NCBI GenBank assembly: GCA_963758495.1
Contig: CAVWVI010000004.1
Coordinates: forward strand, 928,001 to 992,000
Reading direction: 5' to 3'
DNA from: Oligoflexia bacterium
GTDB taxonomy: Bacteria > Bdellovibrionota > UBA1018
DNA: 64,000 bases
A program made the translations under genes and the position numbers. This document shows, in pieces, positions 7,357 through 17,592 of the stretch (position 1 is its first letter; every line of letters begins with the position of its first letter). The notes under the pieces are model-generated. The model saw nothing but the letters and a program-made list of their open reading frames with translations. It was not told the origin of the DNA and ran no database searches.

Positions 7357-9507
7357 CTACTCCCCATTTTCAACATCTGAATTTGTTTCGACAGGTTGGT
7401 TTGGCAAATTTTTATGAGCGGATTTTGACAACAACGGAGGCGCTCCCAACGGCTGGGCCTGTGATGAGTTTGACAATCCCTCAGATGAACTAGAATTTTG
7501 ACTTCCTGAATTCTGGCGACGAATTTCAGACAACAGAGGAGGAGATGCCAAGGGCTGAGACTTTGACGAAACTACTGGAGTTCCAGGCGCACTCAAATCA
7601 GTTCCCGCAGGGGATGAAAGCGCTTGGTTTGAGCCACCCAGCAATTGATAGAGATAATTGTCTCCCAGTGCCAAGTAGACTTGTTCGATCTCGTTCAATT
7701 TTTCATTAATTTTCCTATTGATATCTTGAACTTTACCTGGTCCTTGATCACTGACTATCTTCCCTACCCAGCCACTGACTTTCGTATTGCCGGATAAAAA
7801 TTCACTTGCTCCCTTTTCTTTGAGCGTAGCTAAAAACACATCCGTAATCACTTTAAACTTTAGGAACTCGTCCTCACCCTTCAATACTTGATTTGTTTTA
7901 CTGATATCTTGAACATCAAGTCCTTTCACTAAATTATCGATCACAGCAAGTCGCGTGACGGGATCGAGTGCCAATAACTTTTCTTCCCATGACTTCTTTT
8001 CATGAGATAAAACTTTTTCCGGCGTACCTTTTTCTACTTTTTGAAAGAGCTCATTATAATACTGTTTACGTCCGGCATCCATTACCGAAGCTAAATAGGT
8101 ATTTAATTGAGCATATTTTTTCTGAATACTTTCTTTTTTCATGTCTTCATGGTGGTTTATAAATTGATCTAACTCTGACAAACGAAGAATCGTCTCTAAA
8201 GAAACTGTACAATGATCTGCTACTGAATCTTGAAGCCCGGCTTCAATTACAGAAGAGTTCTTCTCCAAAGTAGCTGCTTTGCCTGTACTGCTAAATAGCT
8301 TTCCAAGCTTTGATCTTCCATTATTCGCAGTCATCACTGCAGTGACCTCTTCATTGAGTCTTTTTTCATGGTCCTCGCATTGCTTGCTTTTGTGATGAAT
8401 TGCGTTTCTCGCGTCTCGCTCTTTATTTTTATCTCTTGTCTTCTCACTCCCCTTTTCACCCATGAGACCATTTAAATATTCGCTTGCTAGCATCGAATAC
8501 ACAGATTGGATATTTTCCGATTGTCTGCTTAAAATTTCTCGAACACTTTGAGGACCCGAGATAAAAGAATTGTCTTTTTTATTTAAAATTTTACCTACCC
8601 AGGAATTATTTTTACTACTCAATAGCTTTGAAACATTACTTTCATTTGTAAAAGTAGAAATTCGTTTATCTGCAAGTGCGGGTAAAAATACATCCGAGAC
8701 GACTTTGAAAGTCGCATAATCTTTCGGACTCTTAAGAAGATCATTGCGATTCTCTAATAAGAGACTTTCTCTAGCTCTAACTGCTTCTAATAATGTTTCG
8801 ATCAAGGCCAATCTACGAGACGGATTCCAATCTTCTCGATCAAAAACCGTCATTAATTTATTTTTTTGATTTACAAGTAACATCCTCAAATCTTGGTATG
8901 AAGATGATTTTTTAGAATCCTCTCTGAGTTCCTTTTCTATTTCATTGATTTTCTGGCTCATCCCTTTATCAATGAGATTTTGCAATTCAGTGTAAAACGT
9001 CTTCCCATTCACTCTACTTGTCTTTAATTTAGTTTCAGCACCTGAAATTTTAAGAACATCTTCTTTAAATTTTTCGTGATGATTTCTCATTAAATTAATT
9101 TCAGCAAGGTCCAGAACTGTTTCAAAAGAAAGATTACATTCTTTCTCATCCAAGGACGCCAATACTTTATGTAATTCATCTACATGATTCACAAGCAGTC
9201 TGGTTTTTCCAACCTTACTGGCACTCGTTCCAGACATGACTTGTGAGACCATGTCATGAACCTTTTTCATATCCACATCACAAGCAACCGAATCTAATGT
9301 TTTGATCAAGCTAGCACGAAGCAAAGGCGCATTACTCTGGGGTGTGCAAGCAGCCTTACCTTGTAGATCCTTCTCCTCTTCTTGTTGAATTCCTATGATA
9401 TTATTTACAGCTTTTTTTTCAATCTTGAGATCGTCCAAATCTCCCGCTATTGCTTGATTCGCCGTTGCAGTCATAAAAGCCGCACAAAAACATATTAAAC
9501 TTATCAT
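7357..9507 (-). CDS. Secreted hypothetical protein with two tandem copies of an unrecognised ~250-aa helical domain and a Ser/Pro-rich tail
   Basis: 716-aa ORF; signal-like N-terminus; visible internal repeat. Confidence 0.85.
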   Translation of the reverse strand: MISLICFCAAFMTATANQAIAGDLDDLKIEKKAVNNIIGIQQEEEKDLQGKAACTPQSNAPLLRASLIKTLDSVACDVDMKKVHDMVSQVMSGTSASKVGKTRLLVNHVDELHKVLASLDEKECNLSFETVLDLAEINLMRNHHEKFKEDVLKISGAETKLKTSRVNGKTFYTELQNLIDKGMSQKINEIEKELREDSKKSSSYQDLRMLLVNQKNKLMTVFDREDWNPSRRLALIETLLEAVRARESLLLENRNDLLKSPKDYATFKVVSDVFLPALADKRISTFTNESNVSKLLSSKNNSWVGKILNKKDNSFISGPQSVREILSRQSENIQSVYSMLASEYLNGLMGEKGSEKTRDKNKERDARNAIHHKSKQCEDHEKRLNEEVTAVMTANNGRSKLGKLFSSTGKAATLEKNSSVIEAGLQDSVADHCTVSLETILRLSELDQFINHHEDMKKESIQKKYAQLNTYLASVMDAGRKQYYNELFQKVEKGTPEKVLSHEKKSWEEKLLALDPVTRLAVIDNLVKGLDVQDISKTNQVLKGEDEFLKFKVITDVFLATLKEKGASEFLSGNTKVSGWVGKIVSDQGPGKVQDINRKINEKLNEIEQVYLALGDNYLYQLLGGSNQALSSPAGTDLSAPGTPVVSSKSQPLASPPLLSEIRRQNSGSQNSSSSEGLSNSSQAQPLGAPPLLSKSAHKNLPNQPVETNSDVENGE

Positions 9508-9621
9508 ATTTACAAATTTTCACATAACATGAAAATAATGTAAAGACTATACTCGACCTTCCTAAGTAATTGATTTAGCTCTGTTATATCAATTACTTTA
9601 GTATATATACTAATCTCAAGA

Positions 9622-9722
9622 GTAAGTAGTTCCTTTAGAACTGCTGACAAGCACTGCAAGGAGTCCTATTGCGCCGTAAAGGTTTGGATTCCCGGCGCAA
9701 CAGGACTCCTTGCAGTGCTTAC
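9622..9722. repeat. Palindromic miniature element (MITE/REP-like) containing a 28-bp inverted repeat
   Basis: AAGCACTGCAAGGAGTCCTATTGCGCCG (9649..9676) pairs with 9693..9720 with one mismatch; element termini GTAAG...CTTAC. Confidence 0.55.
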
Positions 9723-9724
9723 TC

Positions 9725-10780
9725 TTAATAGAGATAAGTGAATTTCATTGAGCTTTTAAAAAGCTCTTCAATGGCTCGAAGTTTATGTAAATCCTGCCCA
9801 TGAATGTGGCTTTTAAGTCGCGTTAGGGATTTTGTGGTATGAGCCAGCGTTTCCAGGAGATAGGAAAGGAGCTGAGTCGCTAATTCGGAATCAGGACTTT
9901 CTCCTAAAGAAAGGATTGTTTCGGAAATTCCCTGAAGAGTACTCAAGTTTGAAAAAGCCTTCGAAAAAGCCAAAAGCTTTCGATGGTCGGGTGAATTCTT
10001 CCTAAAAATAGAGGGAGTACCCAGCCCCACCTTCTCATGATCTGGCTGAAATGAGGCGGTGACCAGGTCTAGATAGCTGTTGAATGCCCCCCGCTTCAAG
10101 CCATTCGGACCTGCCTTGATCGAAGCCATGAACAGGTGAGAATCTGAAATATCCTTGAATCGGTCTAAATACTCCATAACTCGATCCATCGGATCTTCGG
10201 ATTTCCATTGAATGGGAGTACCCGTAACAGCCTCATAACGCACTCCGTCCTCAATAAAGGGAAGCAGTTTCATTCGATCTTTTGGGACGTTATGAATCTG
10301 TTTATAGAGCGCCTGTGCAAGAACGTAATTTGATTTCCTCGCCTCCAAGACTTCCTTTGCCCATCCAAGGAAGAGTGGCGTCAGCGACTGACTTAATTTT
10401 TGAGCTAGCCTTTTACTTGCCTCTATTGCTGTTGGATTAGGAAAACGGAGTGGATAATCTTTTCCAAGGGCTCGGAAACTCACTCTCATTTTTACTAATT
10501 TAAATCCTTTTTGTTGATAAGAGATTGTATTATTACATTTTATTGTTAGATCAATTGGATCCAGTTCGGACAAGAATACAATCTTGCCATTATCATCCTC
10601 AATAGAATAACCTGTCACTTTTGAATAGTGTTGATTTTCATCTAAGGCCCAATTCCAATGAAGGGTGTTACTCGCGTCTTTCGAATAACAAACCAAATAG
10701 GCCGTTTCATGAGCAAAACCTGGGGTCAGTCCAACAACCCAGAGAATTAAACTAAATCGAATTAAATTTTTACAAAACAT
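9725..10780 (-). CDS. Secreted hypothetical protein
   Basis: 351-aa ORF with signal peptide (LILWVVGLTPGFA|HE). Confidence 0.75.
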   Translation of the reverse strand: MFCKNLIRFSLILWVVGLTPGFAHETAYLVCYSKDASNTLHWNWALDENQHYSKVTGYSIEDDNGKIVFLSELDPIDLTIKCNNTISYQQKGFKLVKMRVSFRALGKDYPLRFPNPTAIEASKRLAQKLSQSLTPLFLGWAKEVLEARKSNYVLAQALYKQIHNVPKDRMKLLPFIEDGVRYEAVTGTPIQWKSEDPMDRVMEYLDRFKDISDSHLFMASIKAGPNGLKRGAFNSYLDLVTASFQPDHEKVGLGTPSIFRKNSPDHRKLLAFSKAFSNLSTLQGISETILSLGESPDSELATQLLSYLLETLAHTTKSLTRLKSHIHGQDLHKLRAIEELFKSSMKFTYLY

Positions 10781-10893
10781 AGAGCAAATTCATACCATCA
10801 TTATTTAATATTTAAAAGAAAAATATTAATAAATATATTTTGACTCACTTGCTTATTTACCTGGTCAATGCTACCTAGAGTTGAATATAAACC

Positions 10894-11817
10894 ATGTTAT
10901 CCCAAGCTAATTTCTCTAAATTTTTAAATCAACTTCAAAAAGATTATCATCGCGCTCAGTTTCTTTCTTCTGACCCCTTAGAATTTGCTCACCGCTACAA
11001 AGACCCCTGGGATCAAGAAGCTGTCGCCCTACTTGCCGCAGTCTTAGCGTACGGAAATGTAAAACAGATCCGTAAATCAATCGAAGAAGCTTTGTCACGA
11101 ATGAGGCAAATCTCCAAAAGCCCCCAGGGCTTCGTAAAGTCCCTCCGAGATGCGCCTTATCGGAAAAAAGCCCACCGTATTTTTACAGGATACGTTCATC
11201 GATTTAACCAAGGATCTGATGTGGTTCATCTTTTCGAACTCCTTCAACAGAGCTGGGAAAAGTATGGCTCTCTCGGCGCTCATTTTACCTCTTACTTAAA
11301 TCCAACAGACTCCGATATCGGGGCAGCTCTCAGCTCCTTGATGGCACAATGGCATCAGTGGCTCAGACCTCAAAGCTCTCCTACCTTCTCGTATCTTTTA
11401 ACCTCACCTGAAAACGGCAGTTGTTGCAAAAGATGGTGTATGTTTTTGAGGTGGATGGGACGCCATGATGCTCTCGATTTAGGCTTATGGACTCAGACAG
11501 GCAAGCTTGCTTCTACAATTCAATCCACTCGCTTCCTCAAATCCCGGCAACTCGTGATGCCACTGGATACGCATACAGGCAGAATCAGCCAATACCTGGG
11601 CTTAACTACAAGAAAAAGTCTGAACTGGAAAGCCGCTATCGAGGTCACACAGTCTCTTAAAAAAGTAGACCCCAATGATCCAACCCGCTATGATTTTGCC
11701 TTATCGAGATTAGGAATCTTGGATATTTGCCAACGATCTTACCGCAAGGAGATTTGCAACGCATGTCAACTACTGCCCGCATGTCAGTTTGCCCAAGGTC
11801 ACAAACTCGCAAATTAA
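10894..11817 (+). CDS. TIGR02757/DUF2400 family protein
   Basis: DPLEF, AYGNVKQI, KRWCMFLRWM, PLDTH and DPTRYDFAL motifs; C-terminal Cys cluster. Confidence 0.9.
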   Translation: MLSQANFSKFLNQLQKDYHRAQFLSSDPLEFAHRYKDPWDQEAVALLAAVLAYGNVKQIRKSIEEALSRMRQISKSPQGFVKSLRDAPYRKKAHRIFTGYVHRFNQGSDVVHLFELLQQSWEKYGSLGAHFTSYLNPTDSDIGAALSSLMAQWHQWLRPQSSPTFSYLLTSPENGSCCKRWCMFLRWMGRHDALDLGLWTQTGKLASTIQSTRFLKSRQLVMPLDTHTGRISQYLGLTTRKSLNWKAAIEVTQSLKKVDPNDPTRYDFALSRLGILDICQRSYRKEICNACQLLPACQFAQGHKLAN

Positions 11818-11821
11818 TTGA

Positions 11822-12970
11822 GTGGTTAAGATGAGTTTACCTCGAGTCGTCATTGATGCACGCATGGTTACATCGATTCCACACGGGATAGCTCGGTACG
11901 TCACACATTTAGCTAAAGGTTTAGAAATTCTTCATCACTCCACTCCATTGACTTATGAACCACTTTTTCTCGTTCATTCAACTTTTGGTTCAAATTTTAG
12001 TTCAAGTTTTAATGATCTATCTTTTGGACCTTTTCAAACGATTCCCGTATCCGCCTCATTTTTGAATCCTCAAGAGATTTTTGAAATTCCAAAAACGCTT
12101 AGAAAAGTGAAAGCAGCCGTCTATCACAGCCCCTCTTTTTCCAGCCTGTGGAACTGCCCTTGCCCCAGTGCCGTCACCATTCATGACCTCAATCACCTCA
12201 CCTACGGAGGCTTCAAAGAAAAACTTTACTACCAGACGCTACTTCGTCGCTTTGCACTCCACTCTCAAGCAGTCCTCACTGTTTCGGAATTTTCACGTGG
12301 GGAAATCTCTCATTGGCTCAATGTACCTCTGAATCAAATCAGCATCGTCTATAATGCACTCTCTCCCTCTCCACTCAATTCAAGTGAATCACTTTCGCCA
12401 GAACTCATTTTGAAAAAGTATCAATTACAGTCAGGGCGATATTTTTTCAGTCTTTCAAATTCCAAACCCCATAAAAATTTGCCTCTCCTCATTCGTGCTT
12501 ATGAAAAGTTTCAAACTCAAAAACAAAAAGAAGGGCAAGCTCAGGACGCATGGCCTCTTGTTCTTTCCATCAACGCTCCATTTTCAAACCCTGGGATTAT
12601 TTCCTTAGGGGGGCTCCCTGAAATAGAAGCCAATCTCTTATTAAAAAATGCCGCAGGTTTGTTTTTTCCATCTCTCTATGAGGGCTTCGGTCTTCCTCCC
12701 GTAGAAGCCGCTGCTCTCGGAATTCCTCTCGTGATCTCGAAAATCCCTCCTCATCAAGAGGGGCTCATTGATCTTTCTAGCCAAGAAGTTCTATGGGTGA
12801 ATCCCTCAGACGAAGAGGGCTGGACAAACGCTTTCCATCAGGCACAGAAGGGGCTCATTCTTCCTCCTTCACCTTTGAGCAGAAATAAAATCTTAAATCG
12901 GTTTAGCAGGGAAAGAATGGGGCAATCTATGGACCAAATCTATCGTCGCATGATAAAGGATATTTCATGA
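11822..12970 (+). CDS. Glycosyltransferase family 4
   Basis: TIHDL and PSLYEGFGLPPVEAAALG motifs. Confidence 0.9.
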   Translation: MVKMSLPRVVIDARMVTSIPHGIARYVTHLAKGLEILHHSTPLTYEPLFLVHSTFGSNFSSSFNDLSFGPFQTIPVSASFLNPQEIFEIPKTLRKVKAAVYHSPSFSSLWNCPCPSAVTIHDLNHLTYGGFKEKLYYQTLLRRFALHSQAVLTVSEFSRGEISHWLNVPLNQISIVYNALSPSPLNSSESLSPELILKKYQLQSGRYFFSLSNSKPHKNLPLLIRAYEKFQTQKQKEGQAQDAWPLVLSINAPFSNPGIISLGGLPEIEANLLLKNAAGLFFPSLYEGFGLPPVEAAALGIPLVISKIPPHQEGLIDLSSQEVLWVNPSDEEGWTNAFHQAQKGLILPPSPLSRNKILNRFSRERMGQSMDQIYRRMIKDIS

Positions 12971-13920
12971 AGCATGTGATTGTGACAGGTGGCGCGGGTT
13001 TTATTGGATCTCATCTTTGCGATACTTTATTAAACCAGGGATTTGCAGTAACCGCGATTGATAATTTCCTTACAGGTAGAATAGAAAACCTAACGGAAGC
13101 TCAAAAAAACCCTCACTTCTATTTTTTAAAGCAAGACATCTGTCAGCCCATTCAAGAGAATACCATTCCGTTTTTAAAACAATATGGTCTTTACGGGGTT
13201 TTGCACTTTGCTTGCCCAGCCAGCCCAGTTGACTTTGACCGTATCCCATTTGAAATACTCGCCGTGGACTCCATTGGCACAATGATTACGGTAGACTTGG
13301 CCCTTCGCTACCAAAGCCGTTACCTTGTCGCTTCAACTTCCGAAGTCTATGGCGATCCACTCGTTCACCCTCAAGAAGAAAATTATTGGGGAAATGTAAA
13401 TCCGATTGGACCGCGAGCCTGCTATGATGAAACCAAACGTTTTGCCGAAGCCTACGTGAGCACCGCAATTCGGCTCAAAAAACTAAATGGCGGAATTGTC
13501 CGAATATTTAATACTTACGGACCCAGGATGCGAATTGATGATGGCCGTATTGTGCCCGAACTTTGCCGTCAAGCGCTGGCCGGAGAACCTCTTACGATTC
13601 ATGGGGAAGGATTACAAACTCGAAGTTTTTGCTTTGTTACAGATCTTGTAGACGGCATCTTGCGACTGTTCCTGAGTGGAATTCAAGAGCCCGTAAATAT
13701 CGGAAACCCGGAAGAACGCACTGTCATCAACTTTGCTGAAATCGTTCGCAAACTTTCAGGAAGTCACTCTCCCCTTCGACATCTTCCTTCCCGAATTGAT
13801 GATCCCAAAAAACGATGCCCTGATATTTCTCGCGCTAAAAAACTTCTTGAATGGTCTCCAAAAGTGAACATCGAAGAAGGCATGAAACTTTCCCTCGATT
13901 ATTTCAGGACACAGCTGTGA
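12967..13920 (+). CDS. UDP-glucuronate decarboxylase-like NAD-dependent epimerase/dehydratase
   Basis: GGAGFIGSHL, ACPASP, STSEVYGDP, YDETKR, RIFNTYGPRM. Confidence 0.92.
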   Translation: MKHVIVTGGAGFIGSHLCDTLLNQGFAVTAIDNFLTGRIENLTEAQKNPHFYFLKQDICQPIQENTIPFLKQYGLYGVLHFACPASPVDFDRIPFEILAVDSIGTMITVDLALRYQSRYLVASTSEVYGDPLVHPQEENYWGNVNPIGPRACYDETKRFAEAYVSTAIRLKKLNGGIVRIFNTYGPRMRIDDGRIVPELCRQALAGEPLTIHGEGLQTRSFCFVTDLVDGILRLFLSGIQEPVNIGNPEERTVINFAEIVRKLSGSHSPLRHLPSRIDDPKKRCPDISRAKKLLEWSPKVNIEEGMKLSLDYFRTQL

Positions 13921-15050
13921 TTCGCATCGCTCTTGTCCATGATTGGTTGACGGGTATGCGAGGTGGCGAATATGTACTGGAAGCCATTGCAGAGCTTTTT
14001 CCGAAAGCTGAATTATTTACCTTACTTTATGTGCCTGGAAAAATTTCTCCGACTTTAACCATTTTAAAAAGACACACGAGCTGGCTCCAAAAGATCCCTC
14101 ACGCGGAAAAACGATATCGGCACTTTCTTCCTCTCCTGCCATCCATGATAGAAGAATTTGATTTAACTGGTTTTGATCTCATTATTTCATCTTCTCATTG
14201 TGTGGCAAAAGGAATCCAAAAACCCCCTGGCGCCGTGCATGTCAGCTATGTTCATGCCCCGATGCGATATATTTGGGATCGATTTGATGAATATTTCGGC
14301 CCAGGCCGATCCTCATTCGCTGTCCGTGCAGCAGCCCACTTAGTCAGAAAAAGACTTCAGAAGTGGGACCGCGCAGTCAGTACAAAAGAACGAGTGGACT
14401 TGCTCATTGCTAATAGTCGCTACATTGCTGAACAAATTCGTAGCGCCTATGACAGAGAGGCAGAAGTCGTGCATCCTTTTGCAAATCTGAATCGATTTCT
14501 CTTACCCAGACAGGCGAGCCAAAATTATTTAATTGTTACGGCATTTGCGCCTTATAAAAGAATCGATATTGCAATTGAAGCCTTCAATCGATTGAAACTT
14601 CCTCTTCTCATCGTAGGCTCGGGTCAAGATGAACAGCGGTTAAAAAAGAAAGCAGGCCCTACCATCCGCTTTTTAGGATCTCTCTCTAACTCTGCCATTT
14701 CTGATCTGTATTCAAAATGTAGAGCGCTCATATTTCCGGGAGTGGAAGATTTTGGAATTACACCCGTTGAGGCAATGGCTTCGGGGGCTCCAGTGATTGC
14801 ATTCCAAAAGGGAGGCGCGGAAGAAACGATAACAGAAGAGACCGGGATTTTCTTTAGCCCACAAACTGTGGAAGCACTGATGGAAGCTGTTTTAAAAATG
14901 GAAAAAACTGATTCTCAATCTTGGGAAAGACCCTGTCAAAAACAGGCATCTCTGTTCTCCAAAGAACGATTTCAACGCGAATTTCTAGAAGCAGTACACA
15001 AGGCCTGGGTAAAAGCAGGGAAAGATCCTCAGCTTCTTGTTTCCTCTTAA
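13917..15050 (+). CDS. Glycosyltransferase family 4
   Basis: HDWLTGMRGGE and EDFGITPVEAMASG motifs; GTG start overlaps upstream TGA. Confidence 0.9.
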   Translation: MIRIALVHDWLTGMRGGEYVLEAIAELFPKAELFTLLYVPGKISPTLTILKRHTSWLQKIPHAEKRYRHFLPLLPSMIEEFDLTGFDLIISSSHCVAKGIQKPPGAVHVSYVHAPMRYIWDRFDEYFGPGRSSFAVRAAAHLVRKRLQKWDRAVSTKERVDLLIANSRYIAEQIRSAYDREAEVVHPFANLNRFLLPRQASQNYLIVTAFAPYKRIDIAIEAFNRLKLPLLIVGSGQDEQRLKKKAGPTIRFLGSLSNSAISDLYSKCRALIFPGVEDFGITPVEAMASGAPVIAFQKGGAEETITEETGIFFSPQTVEALMEAVLKMEKTDSQSWERPCQKQASLFSKERFQREFLEAVHKAWVKAGKDPQLLVSS

Positions 15051-15067
15051 ACTTCAGCTAAACGAAA

Positions 15068-16015
15068 CTAAGCTAAACTAATCATTTGGATCAATTCCTT
15101 TTGACGTTCAACCAATTCTGCATTCTTCAATTTCATGAGTCGATAGAAGCTGAAATCTTCAACCGTAAAGCTAGCCATAACACAGCCAGCAAGAACTGCT
15201 CTTCGTAAAAGCTGTTCCCATTTTTCAGGATCGGTTTTTGCCAAATCCCGATGAGCTTGAGCTTCAGCTAAATATCCCATAAATGCACCTGCAAAGCTAT
15301 CGCCTGCTCCTGTCGGATCTACTACGTTTGAGACTGGAAAAGCAGGTGCTAAAAATAACCCTGAAGATGTGAAAAGCATCGCTCCATATTCGCCACGTTT
15401 AATAATGAGGACAGACGGTCCCATTGCTTGAATTCGTTGTGCTGCCTTTAAAATATTTTTCTCACCTGAAAGCAAATAACACTCTCCTTCATTTAAAGAG
15501 AGAATATCAACACGCTTTAAAGTAGTGCGAACTTCATCTGGCTTTCCAGCAATCCAAAAATTCATGCTATCGCATGCGACCAAACGAGGCGATTTAACTT
15601 GATCCAACACTCTTTGCTGAAGAATCGGATCAATATTTGCTAAAAACAGGAAAGGAGCTTCTTGATGCTTGAGACTGAGCTTCGGATCAAAATGTTCAAA
15701 CACATTGAGCGCGGTAGAAAGAGTTTGAGCCTCATTTAAATTCTTATCGTATGAACCGACCCAATGAAAAGTCTTACCCTGGGCAATTTGAACCCCGCTT
15801 ACATCAATTTTACGATCTGCAAGCCAATTTAAATGTGATTTTGGAAAATCCTCTCCGACAACCCCAACCACTTCAATAGGAGCATAAAATGATGCCGCTA
15901 TTGAGAAATAATTCACGGAGCCGCCCAGTACAGAGTCCGCCTTGCCTGTTGGAGTTTGAATCGTATCAAAGGCTAACGAACCCACAGTCAAAATCGAAAG
16001 AGGATGATGTTCCAT
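15068..16015 (-). CDS. PfkB-family carbohydrate/nucleoside kinase
   Basis: DPTGAGDSFAG signature; N-terminal VGSLAFD...LGGS. Confidence 0.92.
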   Translation of the reverse strand: MEHHPLSILTVGSLAFDTIQTPTGKADSVLGGSVNYFSIAASFYAPIEVVGVVGEDFPKSHLNWLADRKIDVSGVQIAQGKTFHWVGSYDKNLNEAQTLSTALNVFEHFDPKLSLKHQEAPFLFLANIDPILQQRVLDQVKSPRLVACDSMNFWIAGKPDEVRTTLKRVDILSLNEGECYLLSGEKNILKAAQRIQAMGPSVLIIKRGEYGAMLFTSSGLFLAPAFPVSNVVDPTGAGDSFAGAFMGYLAEAQAHRDLAKTDPEKWEQLLRRAVLAGCVMASFTVEDFSFYRLMKLKNAELVERQKELIQMISLA

Positions 16016-16096
16016 GGTCGCAGTAAAGCCCGAGAGTACCTCTAAGTCAAGAAGTACTGTCGAGTAAACACCTGAGCCATAAAGGAACTACTTACG

Positions 16097-16687
16097 TTAA
16101 TAAATGATTTCCCTGGAATCTCGCCAAAAACTCTCTTTTCCTTTGAAAACGGGAACCTGAACAAGACTCCTCTTCTCATTCATTTCATCTAGCGCATCTA
16201 GGGCTAACTCTAATCCTCGCCACCCTATTCCCATTGCCTTCCATTGGTTTGGCCGGACGCTACAAATCAAACAAAATACCTGAGCTTGAATCACCCGATC
16301 CAGGTCTGAATAAAATACGATCCAATTTGAATCCACACTACTCCACACAGACCCTTTCTGATCAAAACTCACAGGAAGAGCACGTAATGCCCTTTGAACT
16401 TCATGAATATCTTGAACTAAGGTCATTCCTCGGCTCCTCAGCGCGTGTTGGAAAACCCGATCGGAGGGAAGATGAGTTCGTTCCCATTTTAAGATGGCCT
16501 CACTTTGACTCAAAGTATTTGCCCAAGCTCCTAGCCCGATCGCAGTTAATATAAATCCTGCACTCGCCAGCCGGCTCCTTTGATTCCGGACGCTTGCTTT
16601 AAAGCGTTTCGGTATCTCAGATATTCCTCCCTGAATGCGTAGCTTAACGCTAAACAACCTGTAGCAATCAGAAAAATCCATATACAA
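16097..16687 (-). CDS. Hypothetical membrane-anchored protein
   Basis: 196-aa ORF with one TM segment, last gene of the pilin cluster. Confidence 0.6.
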   Translation of the reverse strand: MYMDFSDCYRLFSVKLRIQGGISEIPKRFKASVRNQRSRLASAGFILTAIGLGAWANTLSQSEAILKWERTHLPSDRVFQHALRSRGMTLVQDIHEVQRALRALPVSFDQKGSVWSSVDSNWIVFYSDLDRVIQAQVFCLICSVRPNQWKAMGIGWRGLELALDALDEMNEKRSLVQVPVFKGKESFWRDSREIIY

Positions 16688-16708
16688 GCCTCAATAAAAA
16701 TTTGCCCT

Positions 16709-17308
16709 TCAGAACTTCTGCGGAACGGTCCAGGTAGAAATCCATTTTTTTCTCTCAAAAATCGAATCACTCTCATCTCCTTGTACTTTTGCCGCTGCCA
16801 CTCTTGGAAAATGCCGGATTTGTAAATGAAATGATTTGGGCATTTGCCCTGACCACCGCAATGCCTTTGGCCCAATTGAATCTGGGGGATCTCTGGTAAA
16901 TTCAAGCCCAGGTAACGGCAAAGCATGGTCACCCCTTTGCCCACACCCCTGAGATAAGAACCATTTTAAACTTTTGGCTTTCCATTGAACTTGAATCCAA
17001 TCCTGTTTTGAAACCACTACGATTAACCCTGCTTCTAACGGCGGAATCAAGGGTGGGTACAGCTTTGCTGCTTCAATGGATGCTCTCAATTCAAGAATTT
17101 TTTGATTTAATAAAAAAAGTGAATTCAAGGTATCCCGAAAATCATGCGCTGCACGCCCCACGCATTGATTCAATCGAAGCTGAGTCTCCACCATGAACCT
17201 CCAGTGCCTCAAAAATCCCCAAATCCCACATCCCGCTATTACAATCGTAAAAAGAATCAGTAGGAGAGGAATCTGAAGACTCCCTTCCACTCTCCGATCC
17301 GTTACCAT
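16709..17308 (-). CDS. Tad/pseudopilin-like protein
   Basis: Probable start MVTDRRVEG|SLQIPLLLILF, a prepilin-like G followed by a hydrophobic helix. Confidence 0.55.
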   Translation of the reverse strand: MVTDRRVEGSLQIPLLLILFTIVIAGCGIWGFLRHWRFMVETQLRLNQCVGRAAHDFRDTLNSLFLLNQKILELRASIEAAKLYPPLIPPLEAGLIVVVSKQDWIQVQWKAKSLKWFLSQGCGQRGDHALPLPGLEFTRDPPDSIGPKALRWSGQMPKSFHLQIRHFPRVAAAKVQGDESDSIFERKKWISTWTVPQKF

Positions 17309-17592
17309 TGGGCGGACTCCAAAAGAGGCAATTCCACTTCTTCTTTCATATTTCCACAATAGCCTACTCCCCGTACACTATTGCTAAACTCCGTAATAGA
17401 CACCGGAATGCGAGATTTGAGGTTTGGCCGTCCTATCAAACGAAAGTAGGTACTTTCAAAAACAAGATAAGCACATTGACTTCGCTGCCATTCACTTTGT
17501 AATAATTTGACTGCCAAAATAACTGTCAGTGAGGAAATCACTGAAAATATTACAAATTCAATCAATGTTTGGCCTTTTGTGCAAAAACTCAT
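17302..17592 (-). CDS. TadE-like minor pilin
   Basis: KG|QTLIEF prepilin motif and hydrophobic helix. Confidence 0.75.
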   Translation of the reverse strand: MSFCTKGQTLIEFVIFSVISSLTVILAVKLLQSEWQRSQCAYLVFESTYFRLIGRPNLKSRIPVSITEFSNSVRGVGYCGNMKEEVELPLLESAQW

